Positions 45,302 through 55,854 are shown, counted from the stretch's first letter. The stretch is DNA of 64,000 nucleotides from Bacillota bacterium (GCA_023398615.1 JAEWSD010000210.1:22109-86108); one strand, 5' to 3'. Notes: generated from the sequence alone by a model not told the origin. Program-made: numbers and translations.

Positions 45302-47365
45302 ATGTCTAAGAATCTTGTAATTGTGGAATCACCTGCAAAAGCAAAAACAATAAAGAAATTTCTCGGTACCAGCTATGAAGTGATAGCATCGAACGGCCAT
45401 GTGAGGGATTTGCCGAAGAGCCAGTTGGGAATTGATGTTCAGAATGATTTTGAACCGAAATATATAACGATACGCGGAAAAGGAGACCTGCTTGCGAAGC
45501 TTAGGAAGGAAGTAAAGAAAGCCGATAAGGTCTACCTTGCGACCGACCCCGACCGCGAAGGGGAGGCCATCTCCTGGCACCTGTCAAACACCTTGAAACT
45601 GGCTGATCACAATGCCAGCAGGATAACCTTTAATGAGATTACCAAGAATGCAATTAAAGCATCGATTAAACAGGCAAGGGAGATTGACATGAATCTGGTT
45701 AACTCTCAGCAGACCAGACGTATGCTGGACCGTATGGTCGGTTACAGTATAAGCCCGCTGCTATGGGCCAAGGTAAAAAGGGGTTTAAGCGCCGGCAGGG
45801 TACAATCCGTCGCCCTTCGCATCATATGTGACAGGGAAGAAGAAATCAACGCATTTGTGCCCGAAGAGTACTGGAATCTGGAAGCCGATTTTCATGTGGA
45901 AGGTGACAGTAAACCGCTTACGGCAAAGTTTGCCGGCAAGGGAAACGGTAAAACCGTTATCCAGTCGGAGGAAGAGCTGAATAATATACTCAAAGAGTTA
46001 AAGGATGCAAAGTTCCGTATTACAGAGATTAAGCGGGGGGAGAGACAAAAAAAATCCCCTCTGCCATTCACAACCAGTACACTGCAGCAGGAAGCCGCAA
46101 AAACACTTAATTTTTCAACCTCCAAAACGATGCGGCTTGCACAGCAGCTGTATGAAGGCGTCGATATCAAGGATCACGGAACCGTTGGGTTAATTACCTA
46201 TCTGCGTACGGATTCGGTGAGGATATCGGAGGAAGCGGACGGTAATGCAAGGGCATTTATAGAAGAGAATTACGGTTCGGAATTTGTTGCGGACAGAGAG
46301 CCGAGTAAGGAAACCGGCAAGAAAATACAGGATGCCCATGAGGCGATCCGTCCGACCTATGTAACCCTGACCCCTGTCATTGTAAAAGAATCCTTAAGCC
46401 GAGATCAATTCCGGCTGTATCAGCTTATCTGGAAGAGATTCGTCGCAAGCCGGATGCAATCGGCGAAATATGAGACTACATCGGTCAGAATCGAAGGCAA
46501 CGGCTACCGCTTTACCACATCCGCTTCAAAGCTGGTATTTGAAGGCTACATGTCCGTATATACGACGGAGGAAGACGAAAAGCAAAGCAATACCCTGTTA
46601 AAATCCTTAAGCGAGAAAACCGGGCTGGCCTTGGATAAATTTAATTACAGCCAGCATTTTACCCAGCCTCCCGCACATTATACGGAAGCCTCCCTGGTTA
46701 AGATCATGGAGGAGCTTGGAATAGGCAGGCCAAGTACTTATGCTCCCACGATCACTACCATACTGGCCCGCAGATATGTGATCAAGGATAATAAGAACCT
46801 GTACGTGACAGAGCTTGGCGAAGTGGTTAACAACATCATGAAACAGGCATTCTCAAGCATTGTCGATGTGAATTTCACGGCAAACCTGGAATCCCTCCTG
46901 GACAGGGTGGAAGACGGTTCCGTACAGTGGAAAACCGTAATCCGCAATTTTTATCCGGATTTGGATGCTGCTGTCAGCCATGCGGAAAAGAACCTTGAGG
47001 AAATTAAGATTGAGGATGAGGTTACGGATGTAATCTGTGAGGAGTGCGGCAGGAATATGGTGATAAAATACGGCCCGCACGGAAAGTTTTTAGCTTGCCC
47101 CGGCTTTCCGGAATGCAAGAATACAAAGACCTATCTGGAGAAGATTGGGGTTGCCTGTCCGTTATGCGGAAAGGATGTCGTCATACGTAAGACGAAAAAG
47201 GGGAGAAGATATTACGGCTGTGAAAATAATCCGGAATGCGAATTCATGACATGGTCAAAGCCATCGAATAAAAAATGCCCAAAGTGCAACAGCTTTATGG
47301 TAGAAAAAGGTTCGAAATTAGTATGTAGTGACGAAAAATGTGGATATATTTTCACGAATAAATAA
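45302..47365 (+). CDS. topA: DNA topoisomerase I
   Basis: TOPRIM (LVIVESPAKAKTI, ATDPDREGEAI), the active-site region ITYLRTDS, and three C-terminal Cys4 zinc ribbons. Confidence 0.95.
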   Translation: MSKNLVIVESPAKAKTIKKFLGTSYEVIASNGHVRDLPKSQLGIDVQNDFEPKYITIRGKGDLLAKLRKEVKKADKVYLATDPDREGEAISWHLSNTLKLADHNASRITFNEITKNAIKASIKQAREIDMNLVNSQQTRRMLDRMVGYSISPLLWAKVKRGLSAGRVQSVALRIICDREEEINAFVPEEYWNLEADFHVEGDSKPLTAKFAGKGNGKTVIQSEEELNNILKELKDAKFRITEIKRGERQKKSPLPFTTSTLQQEAAKTLNFSTSKTMRLAQQLYEGVDIKDHGTVGLITYLRTDSVRISEEADGNARAFIEENYGSEFVADREPSKETGKKIQDAHEAIRPTYVTLTPVIVKESLSRDQFRLYQLIWKRFVASRMQSAKYETTSVRIEGNGYRFTTSASKLVFEGYMSVYTTEEDEKQSNTLLKSLSEKTGLALDKFNYSQHFTQPPAHYTEASLVKIMEELGIGRPSTYAPTITTILARRYVIKDNKNLYVTELGEVVNNIMKQAFSSIVDVNFTANLESLLDRVEDGSVQWKTVIRNFYPDLDAAVSHAEKNLEEIKIEDEVTDVICEECGRNMVIKYGPHGKFLACPGFPECKNTKTYLEKIGVACPLCGKDVVIRKTKKGRRYYGCENNPECEFMTWSKPSNKKCPKCNSFMVEKGSKLVCSDEKCGYIFTNK

Positions 47366-47597
47366 GAAATTAATTAAAATATAAATATAGCGCGGTTAAT
47401 GTGTGTCAAAATTACCAAATAGCTATTGTTTTTGTGAAAAATGTATGTTAAGATTTAGAAGGCGGCACAATTAAATGTATTAAACAATTAAATATATAAA
47501 TAAAAATATATTTCATAATAATATATTTGTCGGCATGCTGCCTGATACGATGATAAGGTGTAGTATTCTTTTTAGTGGGGTACTGGGAGGTTGTTAC

Positions 47598-48368
47598 ATG
47601 GGCGTACAATTGTTAGACAAAACAAGAAAGATTAATAATCTTTTACACAATAATAATTCGCATAAAGTCGTTTTTAACGATATATGTGAAGTATTAAGTG
47701 AAATTTTGGAGTCCAATATTCTTGTTATCAGTAAGAAGGGAAAGGTTTTAGGTGTAAAAAACAGGGATGATATCACCGAAATCAAAGAGTTGATAAAGGA
47801 TTCGGTCGGAGGTTATATTGATGCCCTTCTCAATGAAAGATTATTAAACATTCTATCCACCAAGGAGAATGTGAATCTTGTTACCTTAGGTTTTGAATTT
47901 ACTCAGGATAATAGTTATCAGGCAATTATCATTCCGATCGATATAGCGGGAGAAAGGCTGGGTACCTTGTTCCTGTATAAAGCGGGACGACCCTATAACA
48001 TAGATGATATCATTCTGAGCGAGTACGGAACTACGGTTGTCGGTCTTGAAATGATGCGCTCCGTAAATGAAGAGAATGCCGAGGAAAACAGAAAAGTTCA
48101 GATTGTAAAATCGGCGATCGGTACCTTATCGTTTTCCGAATTAGAGGCAATTACACATATATTTGAGGAGCTGGAAGGCAACGAGGGAATTCTTGTTGCA
48201 AGCAAGATTGCAGACAGGGTAGGCATAACGAGGTCCGTTATTGTGAATGCCTTAAGAAAATTTGAAAGCGCCGGAGTTATCGAGTCCAGATCGTCGGGAA
48301 TGAAGGGAACCTATATCAAAGTACTTAACGATGTTGTGTTTGATGAATTGAAAAAATTGAATAAATAA
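47598..48368 (+). CDS. codY: GTP- and BCAA-sensing global regulator CodY
   Basis: LLDKTRKIN..., a GAF-like domain, and the C-terminal HTH ASKIADRVGITRSVIVNALRKFESAGVIESRS. GGGAGG RBS before the ATG at 47598. Confidence 0.95.
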   Translation: MGVQLLDKTRKINNLLHNNNSHKVVFNDICEVLSEILESNILVISKKGKVLGVKNRDDITEIKELIKDSVGGYIDALLNERLLNILSTKENVNLVTLGFEFTQDNSYQAIIIPIDIAGERLGTLFLYKAGRPYNIDDIILSEYGTTVVGLEMMRSVNEENAEENRKVQIVKSAIGTLSFSELEAITHIFEELEGNEGILVASKIADRVGITRSVIVNALRKFESAGVIESRSSGMKGTYIKVLNDVVFDELKKLNK

Positions 48369-48398
48369 TATATTAGAAACGGACTTCTAATATAATAC

Positions 48399-48440
48399 AA
48401 AAGGATTTGTGAGAATTATCTGACTCATAAGTCCTTTTTT
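48399..48440 (+). terminator. Rho-independent terminator after codY
   Basis: AAAGGATTTGTGAG pairs with CTCATAAGTCCTTT (two mismatches) and runs into TTTTTT. Confidence 0.6.
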
Positions 48441-48491
48441 GATTAAATATTACAATAAGTAGTATTATTATACTAATTTTTTAAATATATC

Positions 48492-48520
48492 TTGTGTTTT
48501 TAATCAATAATTATTATAAT
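48492..48520 (+). promoter_or_regulatory. Sigma-A-type promoter of the flagellar (fla/che-like) operon
   Basis: TTGTGT (48492-48497), 17 nt, TATAAT (48515-48520), about 28 nt upstream of the flgB start. Confidence 0.5.
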
Positions 48521-48548
48521 TAGTTTAGTTATGAAAGGGGAGCTTATA

Positions 48549-48938
48549 ATGATAGGTTCGAATGCTTATAATTACATTAATATCTTAAATAAGGCAGCAG
48601 ATGCCAGTTGGGTAAGGAATGAGGTAATATCGAATAATATTGCCAATGTGAGTACCCCGAATTACAAAAGGAAGGATATAGAATTTGAAAGCTATCTGGC
48701 CAAAGAACTTACAGGTTCCGGTTCTTTGGACCACAGGGTTGCGAATGTAAGGTTGAACTCATTAAATGCTACTTCCTATACGGATCACTCCAATTTAAGC
48801 TATCGGCTTGACGGCAATAATGTGGATGCCGATTTGGAGAATGCAACTCTTTCTGAGAATCAGATCAGATATTATACGTTACTCGATGCAATGACGCAGG
48901 AATTCAGCAGAATCAGAGCTGTTTTAACAAGTAATTAG
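48549..48938 (+). CDS. flgB: Flagellar basal-body rod protein FlgB
   Basis: The rod N-terminal motif SNNIANVSTPNYKRKD. First gene after codY, as in Bacillus. Confidence 0.9.
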   Translation: MIGSNAYNYINILNKAADASWVRNEVISNNIANVSTPNYKRKDIEFESYLAKELTGSGSLDHRVANVRLNSLNATSYTDHSNLSYRLDGNNVDADLENATLSENQIRYYTLLDAMTQEFSRIRAVLTSN

Positions 48939-48949
48939 GAGGAATATCA

Positions 48950-49393
48950 ATGTCTTCTATGAATGGTATGAATATCAGTGCCAGCGGGATGTCCGCACAG
49001 CGGCTCCGTATGGACGTTATTTCTCAGAATATTGCGAATGTAAATACAACGAGAGATGAAAACGGCGATCCGTACAAACGGCAAACGGTGATTTTTGAGG
49101 AAAGAAATGTACATACTTTTGATAACGCATTAAAGACCGCGCAGGGCGGCACATTAGTCAGCAACGGAGTAAAGGTTACACACGTTGCGGTAGATAACGA
49201 AACACCCATGAATATGGTTTATGATCCGTCGCATCCGGATGCGGATAAGGACGGCTATGTGTCGTATCCGAATGTCAATACGGTTACGGAAATGACTGAT
49301 TTAATTGATGCGAGCAGGTCTTTTGAAGCAAATGTTACGGCGTTTAATGCTACAAAGAATATGGCTTTAAAAAGCTTAGAAGTTGGTAAATAG
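48950..49393 (+). CDS. flgC: Flagellar basal-body rod protein FlgC
   Basis: SASGMSAQRLRMDVISQNIANVNTTR N-terminus and C-terminal MTDLIDASRSFEANV. Confidence 0.95.
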   Translation: MSSMNGMNISASGMSAQRLRMDVISQNIANVNTTRDENGDPYKRQTVIFEERNVHTFDNALKTAQGGTLVSNGVKVTHVAVDNETPMNMVYDPSHPDADKDGYVSYPNVNTVTEMTDLIDASRSFEANVTAFNATKNMALKSLEVGK

Positions 49394-49406
49394 TGGGGGA
49401 TGATCA

Positions 49407-49718
49407 ATGGATATCACACGGTTAAACAGTATCTCAAATCTTGATACATTAAGAAATGGCACGGATGTTTTAAGCAAGACGAATAATAACGAAACCTTTG
49501 ATAACATATTTCAATCGGCCCTCTCCATGATAAAGGAAACCAATAACCTGACGAATGCCGCGGAAAGTGAGGAAATCGCCTATTCTTTAGGACTGTCGGA
49601 TAATCCGCTTGAACTTCAGGCCGCACAGTCAAAGGCAAACCTTTCCCTGCAATATACGGTAGCGGTAAGGAATAAGGTGTTGGAAGCATATAAGGAGATT
49701 ATGAATCTCCAATTCTAA
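49407..49718 (+). CDS. fliE: Flagellar hook-basal body complex protein FliE
   Basis: About 100 aa, in the conserved position. The C-terminus VAVRNKVLEAYKEIMNLQ is FliE-like. Confidence 0.85.
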   Translation: MDITRLNSISNLDTLRNGTDVLSKTNNNETFDNIFQSALSMIKETNNLTNAAESEEIAYSLGLSDNPLELQAAQSKANLSLQYTVAVRNKVLEAYKEIMNLQF

Positions 49719-49748
49719 TTCTAACTCGATGGCCAGAGGAGCAGTAGC

Positions 49749-51344
49749 ATGATTGATAGATTAAAACAGATACCCGTTCAACTACTTAAACAATGGAATA
49801 AATATACAAGCAAACAGAAAACTATCATTATCAGTGTGGTTGCTTTTGTCTTTTTGTCATTAATTATTCTCGTAAATGTAATGAACAGGACTAAGTATGA
49901 GACTTTGATTGTTAGTGAAGATAAAAAAGACGTAAGTGCGGTAGCAGAGCTCTTGAAAGCGGAGGGCATTGACTATAAGCTGGGAAGTGATGAACTGACC
50001 ATATTAGTGGATGCCAGGAAGCGTTCGGATGCTCTTCTTTTACTTTACAGCAGTGATATCCCTACCTCGGGGTTAACCCTGGAAACGCTGCTGGATAACG
50101 GCATCGATACGACGAACAGCGACCGGAACTTAAAGCTGCATATGTACATGCAATCCGATATCGTAAAAGCCCTGAAGGACATGAAGGGCATCGAGGGTGC
50201 CCAGGTGGATTATGTACCTGTAGACAATACCTTCAGCGTCTTATCCGAGAAACAGGATTACCCGGTGAGCGTCAAGCTGAATGTAACGAAGGATTTTGAG
50301 CCGTCCAAGGCGGAAGGAATAGCGGAATACGTGGCGGCGGCAATCGGTAACAAATCGACCGATAATGTTAAGGTTATAGATCAGGAAGGAAACCTGCTGT
50401 TCGGCGGCAAGGAGGACCTGTATTCCGGAAGCGCGAGTTCTGTTCTGGATTACCGGGAGAGGCTGGAGAACAACTATAATAACAATATTATCATGCTGAT
50501 GATGAAGCTCGGTTATACGGAAGTGCAGCCTATGTTCAACTGGTCCCTGAATATGGACAAGGTGACCCAGATGTTCGAGGAACAGATCCCTGCGGAGGGA
50601 CAGGAGCAGGGTCTGTATAAGAACTATTATTCCTATGATACCGAGAATACCAGCGGCAGCTCCGGCGGTACGCCGGGAACACAATCGAATGATGATGTCG
50701 GTTATAACATAGAAAACCCTGCGAATAACAATTCCTCCTCTTCGACCCTGGAGATCGAATACCTGCCAAGCAAACGGGTAACCAATACGGCATACGAGGT
50801 CGGTGCGGTAAGGCCGGAGCAATCCTCCGGAACCCTTGTTATGATCAGGTCGGTAACCCATAATGAGGACGAGCTGAAACTGCAGGGCGCCCTGGATGAT
50901 ATGTCATTTGACGAGTACCGGCTGGCGAATCAGGAAAGGCAGCCGATTACTGTGGAGCCGGACGTATATACCGCGATATCGCGGGCTACCGGAATACCGG
51001 AAGAGAATATATCGATTATGGCTTATGAGCAGCCGGTATTTGTGCCAAGCACGAAGCATGGCCCGGGATGGACCTTCTATTTACAGCTTGTGCTTGTCAT
51101 TTTAATGATTGCATTACTGCTATTTGTAGTATTTAGGGGAACGGCACCTATGGAAATTACGGAATTGGAACCGGAACTGTCAGTGGAACAGCTTTTGGCA
51201 ACCACGAAAGAGAATCAGTCCCTGGATGATATAGAGTTTTCGGAGCAATCTGAAACGAAGAAGATGATTGACAAATTCGTTGACGAGAATCCGGAGGCGG
51301 TTGCGCAGCTGCTGCGTAACTGGCTGAATGACGAGTGGAATTAG
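49749..51344 (+). CDS. fliF: Flagellar MS-ring protein FliF
   Basis: N-terminal TM segment, a large periplasmic region, a second TM segment (FYLQLVLVILMIALLLFVVF) and a C-terminal FliG-binding tail. Conserved position. Confidence 0.9.
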   Translation: MIDRLKQIPVQLLKQWNKYTSKQKTIIISVVAFVFLSLIILVNVMNRTKYETLIVSEDKKDVSAVAELLKAEGIDYKLGSDELTILVDARKRSDALLLLYSSDIPTSGLTLETLLDNGIDTTNSDRNLKLHMYMQSDIVKALKDMKGIEGAQVDYVPVDNTFSVLSEKQDYPVSVKLNVTKDFEPSKAEGIAEYVAAAIGNKSTDNVKVIDQEGNLLFGGKEDLYSGSASSVLDYRERLENNYNNNIIMLMMKLGYTEVQPMFNWSLNMDKVTQMFEEQIPAEGQEQGLYKNYYSYDTENTSGSSGGTPGTQSNDDVGYNIENPANNNSSSSTLEIEYLPSKRVTNTAYEVGAVRPEQSSGTLVMIRSVTHNEDELKLQGALDDMSFDEYRLANQERQPITVEPDVYTAISRATGIPEENISIMAYEQPVFVPSTKHGPGWTFYLQLVLVILMIALLLFVVFRGTAPMEITELEPELSVEQLLATTKENQSLDDIEFSEQSETKKMIDKFVDENPEAVAQLLRNWLNDEWN

Positions 51345-51367
51345 GGAATTGTTAAAGGAGGGTGTAT

Positions 51368-52378
51368 ATGCCAAAGAATTCTGAGATAACCGGTATACAA
51401 AAAGCAGCCGTACTGCTGATTGCACTTGGCCCGGAGAAGTCCGCAAGTATTTTTAAACATCTGAAAGAGGAAGAAATCGAACAGCTTACGCTTGAAATAG
51501 CCAATACCCGAAGTGTTTCGCCTGCCACCAAGGAACAGGTCCTGGATGAATTCTATGAGATCTGCCTTGCTCAGCAATATATTGCCGAAGGCGGTATTGC
51601 TTACGCAAAAGAGCTTTTGGAGAAGGCGCTGGGGGAAGATAAGGCAAAGGATGTTATCGGCAGGCTGACGGCTTCCTTGCAGGTTCGGCCGTTTGAGTTT
51701 GTACGAAAGACCGACGCAAGCCAGATGTTAAACTTTATACAGGATGAGCATCCTCAAACAATTGCCCTTATTTTGTCCTATCTTTCATCGAGCCAGGCTT
51801 CCGCGATCATCTCCGCCCTGCCGCCGGATAAACAGGCGGATGTTGCAAAACGTATCGCCCAGATGGACCGTACCTCTCCGGATGTTATTAAAGAGGTGGA
51901 GAGAGTACTGGAACGTAAATTGTCCTCACTGGTTAATCAGGATTATACGATCGTCGGCGGCGTGGATGCTATCGTAGCTATTTTAAATACGGTAGACAGA
52001 GGTACGGAGAAGCATATCATGGAAAACCTTGAGATTGAAGAGCCTGAACTGGCTGATGAGATCCGAAGGAAGATGTTCGTATTCGAGGATATTCTTTCTC
52101 TGGATGATAAATCGATCCAGAGAGTTTTGAGAGAAGTTGACAATAATGAACTTGCGGTTGCCTTGAAGGGTTCCAATGAGGAAGTGCAGACGGTTATCTT
52201 CAACAACCTGTCAAAGCGTTTGTCGGCTATGATTAAGGAAGATATGGAATTCATGGGCCCTGTACGTTTGAAGGATGTAGAGGAAGCACAGCAGAAGATT
52301 GTAAATATAATCAGAAAACTGGAGGACTCCGCTGAGATTATTATTTCCAGAGGTGGAGGTGATGAGATCATTGTCTAA
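51368..52378 (+). CDS. fliG: Flagellar motor switch protein FliG
   Basis: GIQKAAVLLIALG, EHPQTIALIL and the C-terminal MFVFEDI...torque-helix region. AAGGAGGG RBS before the ATG at 51368. Confidence 0.95.
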   Translation: MPKNSEITGIQKAAVLLIALGPEKSASIFKHLKEEEIEQLTLEIANTRSVSPATKEQVLDEFYEICLAQQYIAEGGIAYAKELLEKALGEDKAKDVIGRLTASLQVRPFEFVRKTDASQMLNFIQDEHPQTIALILSYLSSSQASAIISALPPDKQADVAKRIAQMDRTSPDVIKEVERVLERKLSSLVNQDYTIVGGVDAIVAILNTVDRGTEKHIMENLEIEEPELADEIRRKMFVFEDILSLDDKSIQRVLREVDNNELAVALKGSNEEVQTVIFNNLSKRLSAMIKEDMEFMGPVRLKDVEEAQQKIVNIIRKLEDSAEIIISRGGGDEIIV

Positions 52379-53204
52379 TCTTATTAAATCCAGATATGTT
52401 TATGTGAATGATGAGAACAGGAAGATCATCGACTCTAACGGGAAAAGTGAAGAACTGCGTACCATTTATTTAAATCGCCGGCCGGAACAGCTGCCCGGGG
52501 ATACGAAGGCCTCAAAGGAGGATTCTTCGGACAGTGAGGATATTGTTTTCCGGGAAGGCTTGCAGGTTTCCGTAATAGACAATGTGCTGCCGGAGGAAGA
52601 AGAGAAGCAGCAGCGGATGCAGGGAGAGCAGATTATCGCCGATGCAAGGGAAGAGGCGGACCGGATACGAAAGCAGGCGGAAGAGGAAGCCGGAATAGCC
52701 GCTCAGGAGATTTTGGAGGAAGCCAGAAAGAAAGGCTATGAAGACGGACTGCAAAAGGGTATGGCCGAAGCGGACCGGGCAAAGGCAGAGCTTGAGGAGC
52801 TAAAGCAGAAACATAACGAGGAATACCTGGAACAGATAGCCGGACTGGAGCCTGCGTTCGGAGAAATCGTGGCACAGCTTGTTGAAAAGCTTACAGGTGT
52901 TGCGGTAGAAGATAAAAAGAATGTTATTCTTTATCTGATACATAATTCCATCATGGATTCCAATAACAGTAAATCCTATGCGATAAGAGTTTCGAAGGAA
53001 GATTATGATTACGTACTGTCCAGAAAAGAGGAATTGTACCGCCTTGTAACTCAGGATACGGTAATTGATATTATCTCCGACAAAAACCTGGAAAGAAACC
53101 AATGTCTGATAGAAACGGACGCCGGAATGCTTGATTGCAGCCTTGATGTTGAGCTTGCCAATCTGATTCAGGATATAAAGCTTCTTTCGAAACAGAAGAG
53201 CTAG
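52362..53204 (+). CDS. fliH: Flagellar assembly protein FliH
   Basis: A charged coiled-coil (EAD RIRKQAEEEA...) and a FliH-like C-terminal domain. It overlaps the fliG end and precedes fliI. Confidence 0.8.
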   Translation: MRSLSNLIKSRYVYVNDENRKIIDSNGKSEELRTIYLNRRPEQLPGDTKASKEDSSDSEDIVFREGLQVSVIDNVLPEEEEKQQRMQGEQIIADAREEADRIRKQAEEEAGIAAQEILEEARKKGYEDGLQKGMAEADRAKAELEELKQKHNEEYLEQIAGLEPAFGEIVAQLVEKLTGVAVEDKKNVILYLIHNSIMDSNNSKSYAIRVSKEDYDYVLSRKEELYRLVTQDTVIDIISDKNLERNQCLIETDAGMLDCSLDVELANLIQDIKLLSKQKS

Positions 53205-53217
53205 AAGGCAGGTATCT

Positions 53218-54528
53218 ATGATTACTGTAGATTTAGATAAATATAGGAATTTGCTTGATAAGTCGTATGAAAAAAGGCTGGGGAAAGTAATAAAGGTTGT
53301 CGGGCTGACGGTGGAATCGATAGGGCCCAACGCAAATCTTAACGATTTGTGCAGGATTGTATCCAAGGATAAATCCCAGACAGTCATGGCGGAAGTAGTA
53401 GGCTTCCGGGACGACAGAATCCTTTTAATGCCCTATGGGAATGTGGAAGGAATCGGCGTCGGAAGTACTGTTGAATCTACGATGCAGCCTTTAATGGTTC
53501 AGGTTAATGACAGCCTGCTTGGGAAGACCCTGGACGGCCTGGGACGGCCTATCGATAATTCGGAGCTGGCGTTCTCGGAAGGTTATTCCGTTGAAGCACA
53601 GCCTCCCGATCCCTTGAAAAGAAAGCTGATCGACGAAGCCCTTCCGTTAGGTGTAAAAGCGGTGGACGGACTGATAACAGTCGGGAAAGGGCAAAGAATC
53701 GGGATTTTTGCCGGCAGCGGAGTAGGTAAAAGCACACTGCTCGGAATGTTTGCCAGAAATACAAAGGCAGATATCAATGTAATTGCCTTGATCGGCGAAC
53801 GCGGAAGAGAGGTTCGTGAGTTTATCGAAAGAGATTTAGGGGAGGAAGGTTTAAGGCGTTCCGTGGTGGTAGTTGCAACCTCGGACAAACCGGCGCTGAT
53901 CAGAAAGAAGGCGGCCAAAACGGCAACGGCGATAGCGGAATATTTCAGAGACCAGGGAAGGAACGTCCTGCTTATGATGGATTCCCTCACACGTTTTTCT
54001 ATGGCACAGCGTGAAATAGGCCTGGCTTCGGGTGAACCCCCGGTATCAAGGGGATATCCGCCGAGTGTATACTCGGAAATGCCAAAATTACTGGAAAGGG
54101 CAGGAAATTCCGAAAAAGGTTCCATAACCGGATTATACACGGTATTGGTTGACGGGGATGATTTTAACGAGCCGATTACCGATACTGCCAGAGGCATCCT
54201 GGACGGCCATATCATGCTCACCAGGAAGATGGCCAATAAGAATCATTATCCTGCAATTGATGTATTGCAAAGTATTTCCCGTGTCATGTCTACAATTGTG
54301 ACGGATGAACATAAAAAGACGGCCGGCACGTTAAAGATGGTGCTGGCTACCTATGAAGAAGCGGAAGACCTGATTAATATCGGTGCTTATAAAAGCGGTT
54401 CCAATAAGAGCATCGATTATGCGATTTCCAAAATTGATGCGGTGAATGATTTCCTGACACAGGATGTGCATAAGAAATTGGATTTTGATGAGACAGTCAA
54501 TGCTTTAACTGCAATATTTGCAGAATAA
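53218..54528 (+). CDS. fliI: Flagellum-specific ATPase FliI
   Basis: Walker A GSGVGKSTLL and Walker B LLMMDSLTR, with F1/T3SS ATPase-like architecture. Confidence 0.95.
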   Translation: MITVDLDKYRNLLDKSYEKRLGKVIKVVGLTVESIGPNANLNDLCRIVSKDKSQTVMAEVVGFRDDRILLMPYGNVEGIGVGSTVESTMQPLMVQVNDSLLGKTLDGLGRPIDNSELAFSEGYSVEAQPPDPLKRKLIDEALPLGVKAVDGLITVGKGQRIGIFAGSGVGKSTLLGMFARNTKADINVIALIGERGREVREFIERDLGEEGLRRSVVVVATSDKPALIRKKAAKTATAIAEYFRDQGRNVLLMMDSLTRFSMAQREIGLASGEPPVSRGYPPSVYSEMPKLLERAGNSEKGSITGLYTVLVDGDDFNEPITDTARGILDGHIMLTRKMANKNHYPAIDVLQSISRVMSTIVTDEHKKTAGTLKMVLATYEEAEDLINIGAYKSGSNKSIDYAISKIDAVNDFLTQDVHKKLDFDETVNALTAIFAE

Positions 54529-54540
54529 CAGGGTGGATGA

Positions 54541-54999
54541 ATGACGAAATTTGTTTATAAAATGGAAAGCATTCTGAATATTAAATATAAAATGGAGGAA
54601 CAGGCGAAAACGGCATATGGGAACGCCAGGCTTCGCCTGACCGAAGAAGAGGAAAAGCTGGAGGCATACCGCCGGAAGCTGGTAGATTACCAGGGTGGTT
54701 TAAGGGAATTAATGCAATCCAGATTAAACCTTGCGGAAATCCGGAGACTCGAGAATGCCGTTGAAGTCATGAAGGTATATATAAGCCGTCAGCAGATTGC
54801 GGTAAAGAAAGCCGAGCAGCAGCTGGAAGCTGCAAGAGTCCGGTTAAGGGCTGCAATGATGGAGCGAAAAACGCATGAGAAGTTGAAAGATAAGGCATTC
54901 GAGAATTTTAAATTGGAATACGAGGCTGACCAAAGGAAAGAAATCGATGAGCTTGTCAGTTTTCAATATAACAGACCTGCCGGCGGCCAGGAGGAATAG
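54541..54999 (+). CDS. fliJ: Flagellar export chaperone FliJ
   Basis: About 150 aa, all coiled-coil, with the L.N.K...E...... pattern after FVYKMESILNIK. Conserved slot after fliI. Confidence 0.8.
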   Translation: MTKFVYKMESILNIKYKMEEQAKTAYGNARLRLTEEEEKLEAYRRKLVDYQGGLRELMQSRLNLAEIRRLENAVEVMKVYISRQQIAVKKAEQQLEAARVRLRAAMMERKTHEKLKDKAFENFKLEYEADQRKEIDELVSFQYNRPAGGQEE

Positions 55000-55001
55000 T
55001 A

Positions 55002-55769
55002 ATGGCAAAAAAGAACAAATCACAGGTTAACAGCGATAAGAATGAAAAAGGGAAGGGCAGTAAGATCATAGCTGCCGTTATCGGACTTGTAATCGTAATA
55101 ATATGGCTTGCAATCTTTGCAGTTTTGATAAAGCTTGACGTAGGAGGTTTCGGAAGCTCCATACTCCGGCCCCTGCTTAAGGATGTGCCTGTTATTAATA
55201 AGATATTGCCGGAGGTCTCCGACGAACAGCTTGCTTATGAGAATGATTATCCTTACAAATCTATGGATGACGCTATAGCAAGGATCAAGGAACTGGAACT
55301 TGAGAATGAGGAGCTGAAGACAAACGGCAGCGGAAACAGCGACCGGATCAAGGAACTGGAAGCCGAGGTTGCAAGGCTGAAGGTGTTCGAGGATAACCAG
55401 CTGGCATTCGAAGACAGAGTGAAGGATTTCGAGAAAAATATCGTATTCGGTGATAAAGCACCGGATATAGAAGAGTATAAGGCATATTACGAAAGTATTA
55501 ATCCGACGAATGCCGAAGAGATCTACAGGCAAGTGGTGGAACAGATGCAGATTGCCGAATCCATTCAGCAGAAGGCAGATATTTATAAGAAAATGAAGCC
55601 GGATGCGGCGGCAGCCGTTCTGCAGGATATGACGGCAGATATCGATTTGGTGGCACAAATGCTGCTTTGCATGAAACCGGCCGAAAGTTCTGCCATACTA
55701 GCCGAGATGGATTCCATCATGGCTGCCAAGATTACAAAGAAGATGTTTGATATGGACCAGGAGAATTAA
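55002..55769 (+). CDS. Flagellar-operon membrane-anchored protein with MgtE-N-like C-terminal domain (YlxF-like)
   Basis: N-terminal TM segment, a coiled-coil, and the C-terminus KPDAAAAVLQDM...KPAESSAILAEMD...AAKITKKM. It occupies the same slot as B. subtilis ylxF. Confidence 0.6.
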   Translation: MAKKNKSQVNSDKNEKGKGSKIIAAVIGLVIVIIWLAIFAVLIKLDVGGFGSSILRPLLKDVPVINKILPEVSDEQLAYENDYPYKSMDDAIARIKELELENEELKTNGSGNSDRIKELEAEVARLKVFEDNQLAFEDRVKDFEKNIVFGDKAPDIEEYKAYYESINPTNAEEIYRQVVEQMQIAESIQQKADIYKKMKPDAAAAVLQDMTADIDLVAQMLLCMKPAESSAILAEMDSIMAAKITKKMFDMDQEN

Positions 55770-55854
55770 TTTATCCCATATCCGGCTTACAGCGGCATCC
55801 TTATCAAAGGGAGCTGCTTTAAGTATAAATATTATAAAGAAAGGAGGGAATCGA

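Noticed and set aside
48475-48489. CodY-box-like sequence AATTTTTTAAATATA upstream of the flagellar promoter
   Set aside because: It matches only about 11 of 15 positions of AATTTTCWGAAAATT, in very AT-rich DNA where such matches are expected by chance.
48369-48548. Possible c-di-GMP riboswitch or invertible flagellar switch upstream of flgB, as in Clostridioides difficile
   Set aside because: The gap is only 180 nt. It is taken up by the codY terminator and a promoter about 28 nt from the flgB start. There is no room for a riboswitch of about 90-150 nt, and I saw no flanking inverted repeats.
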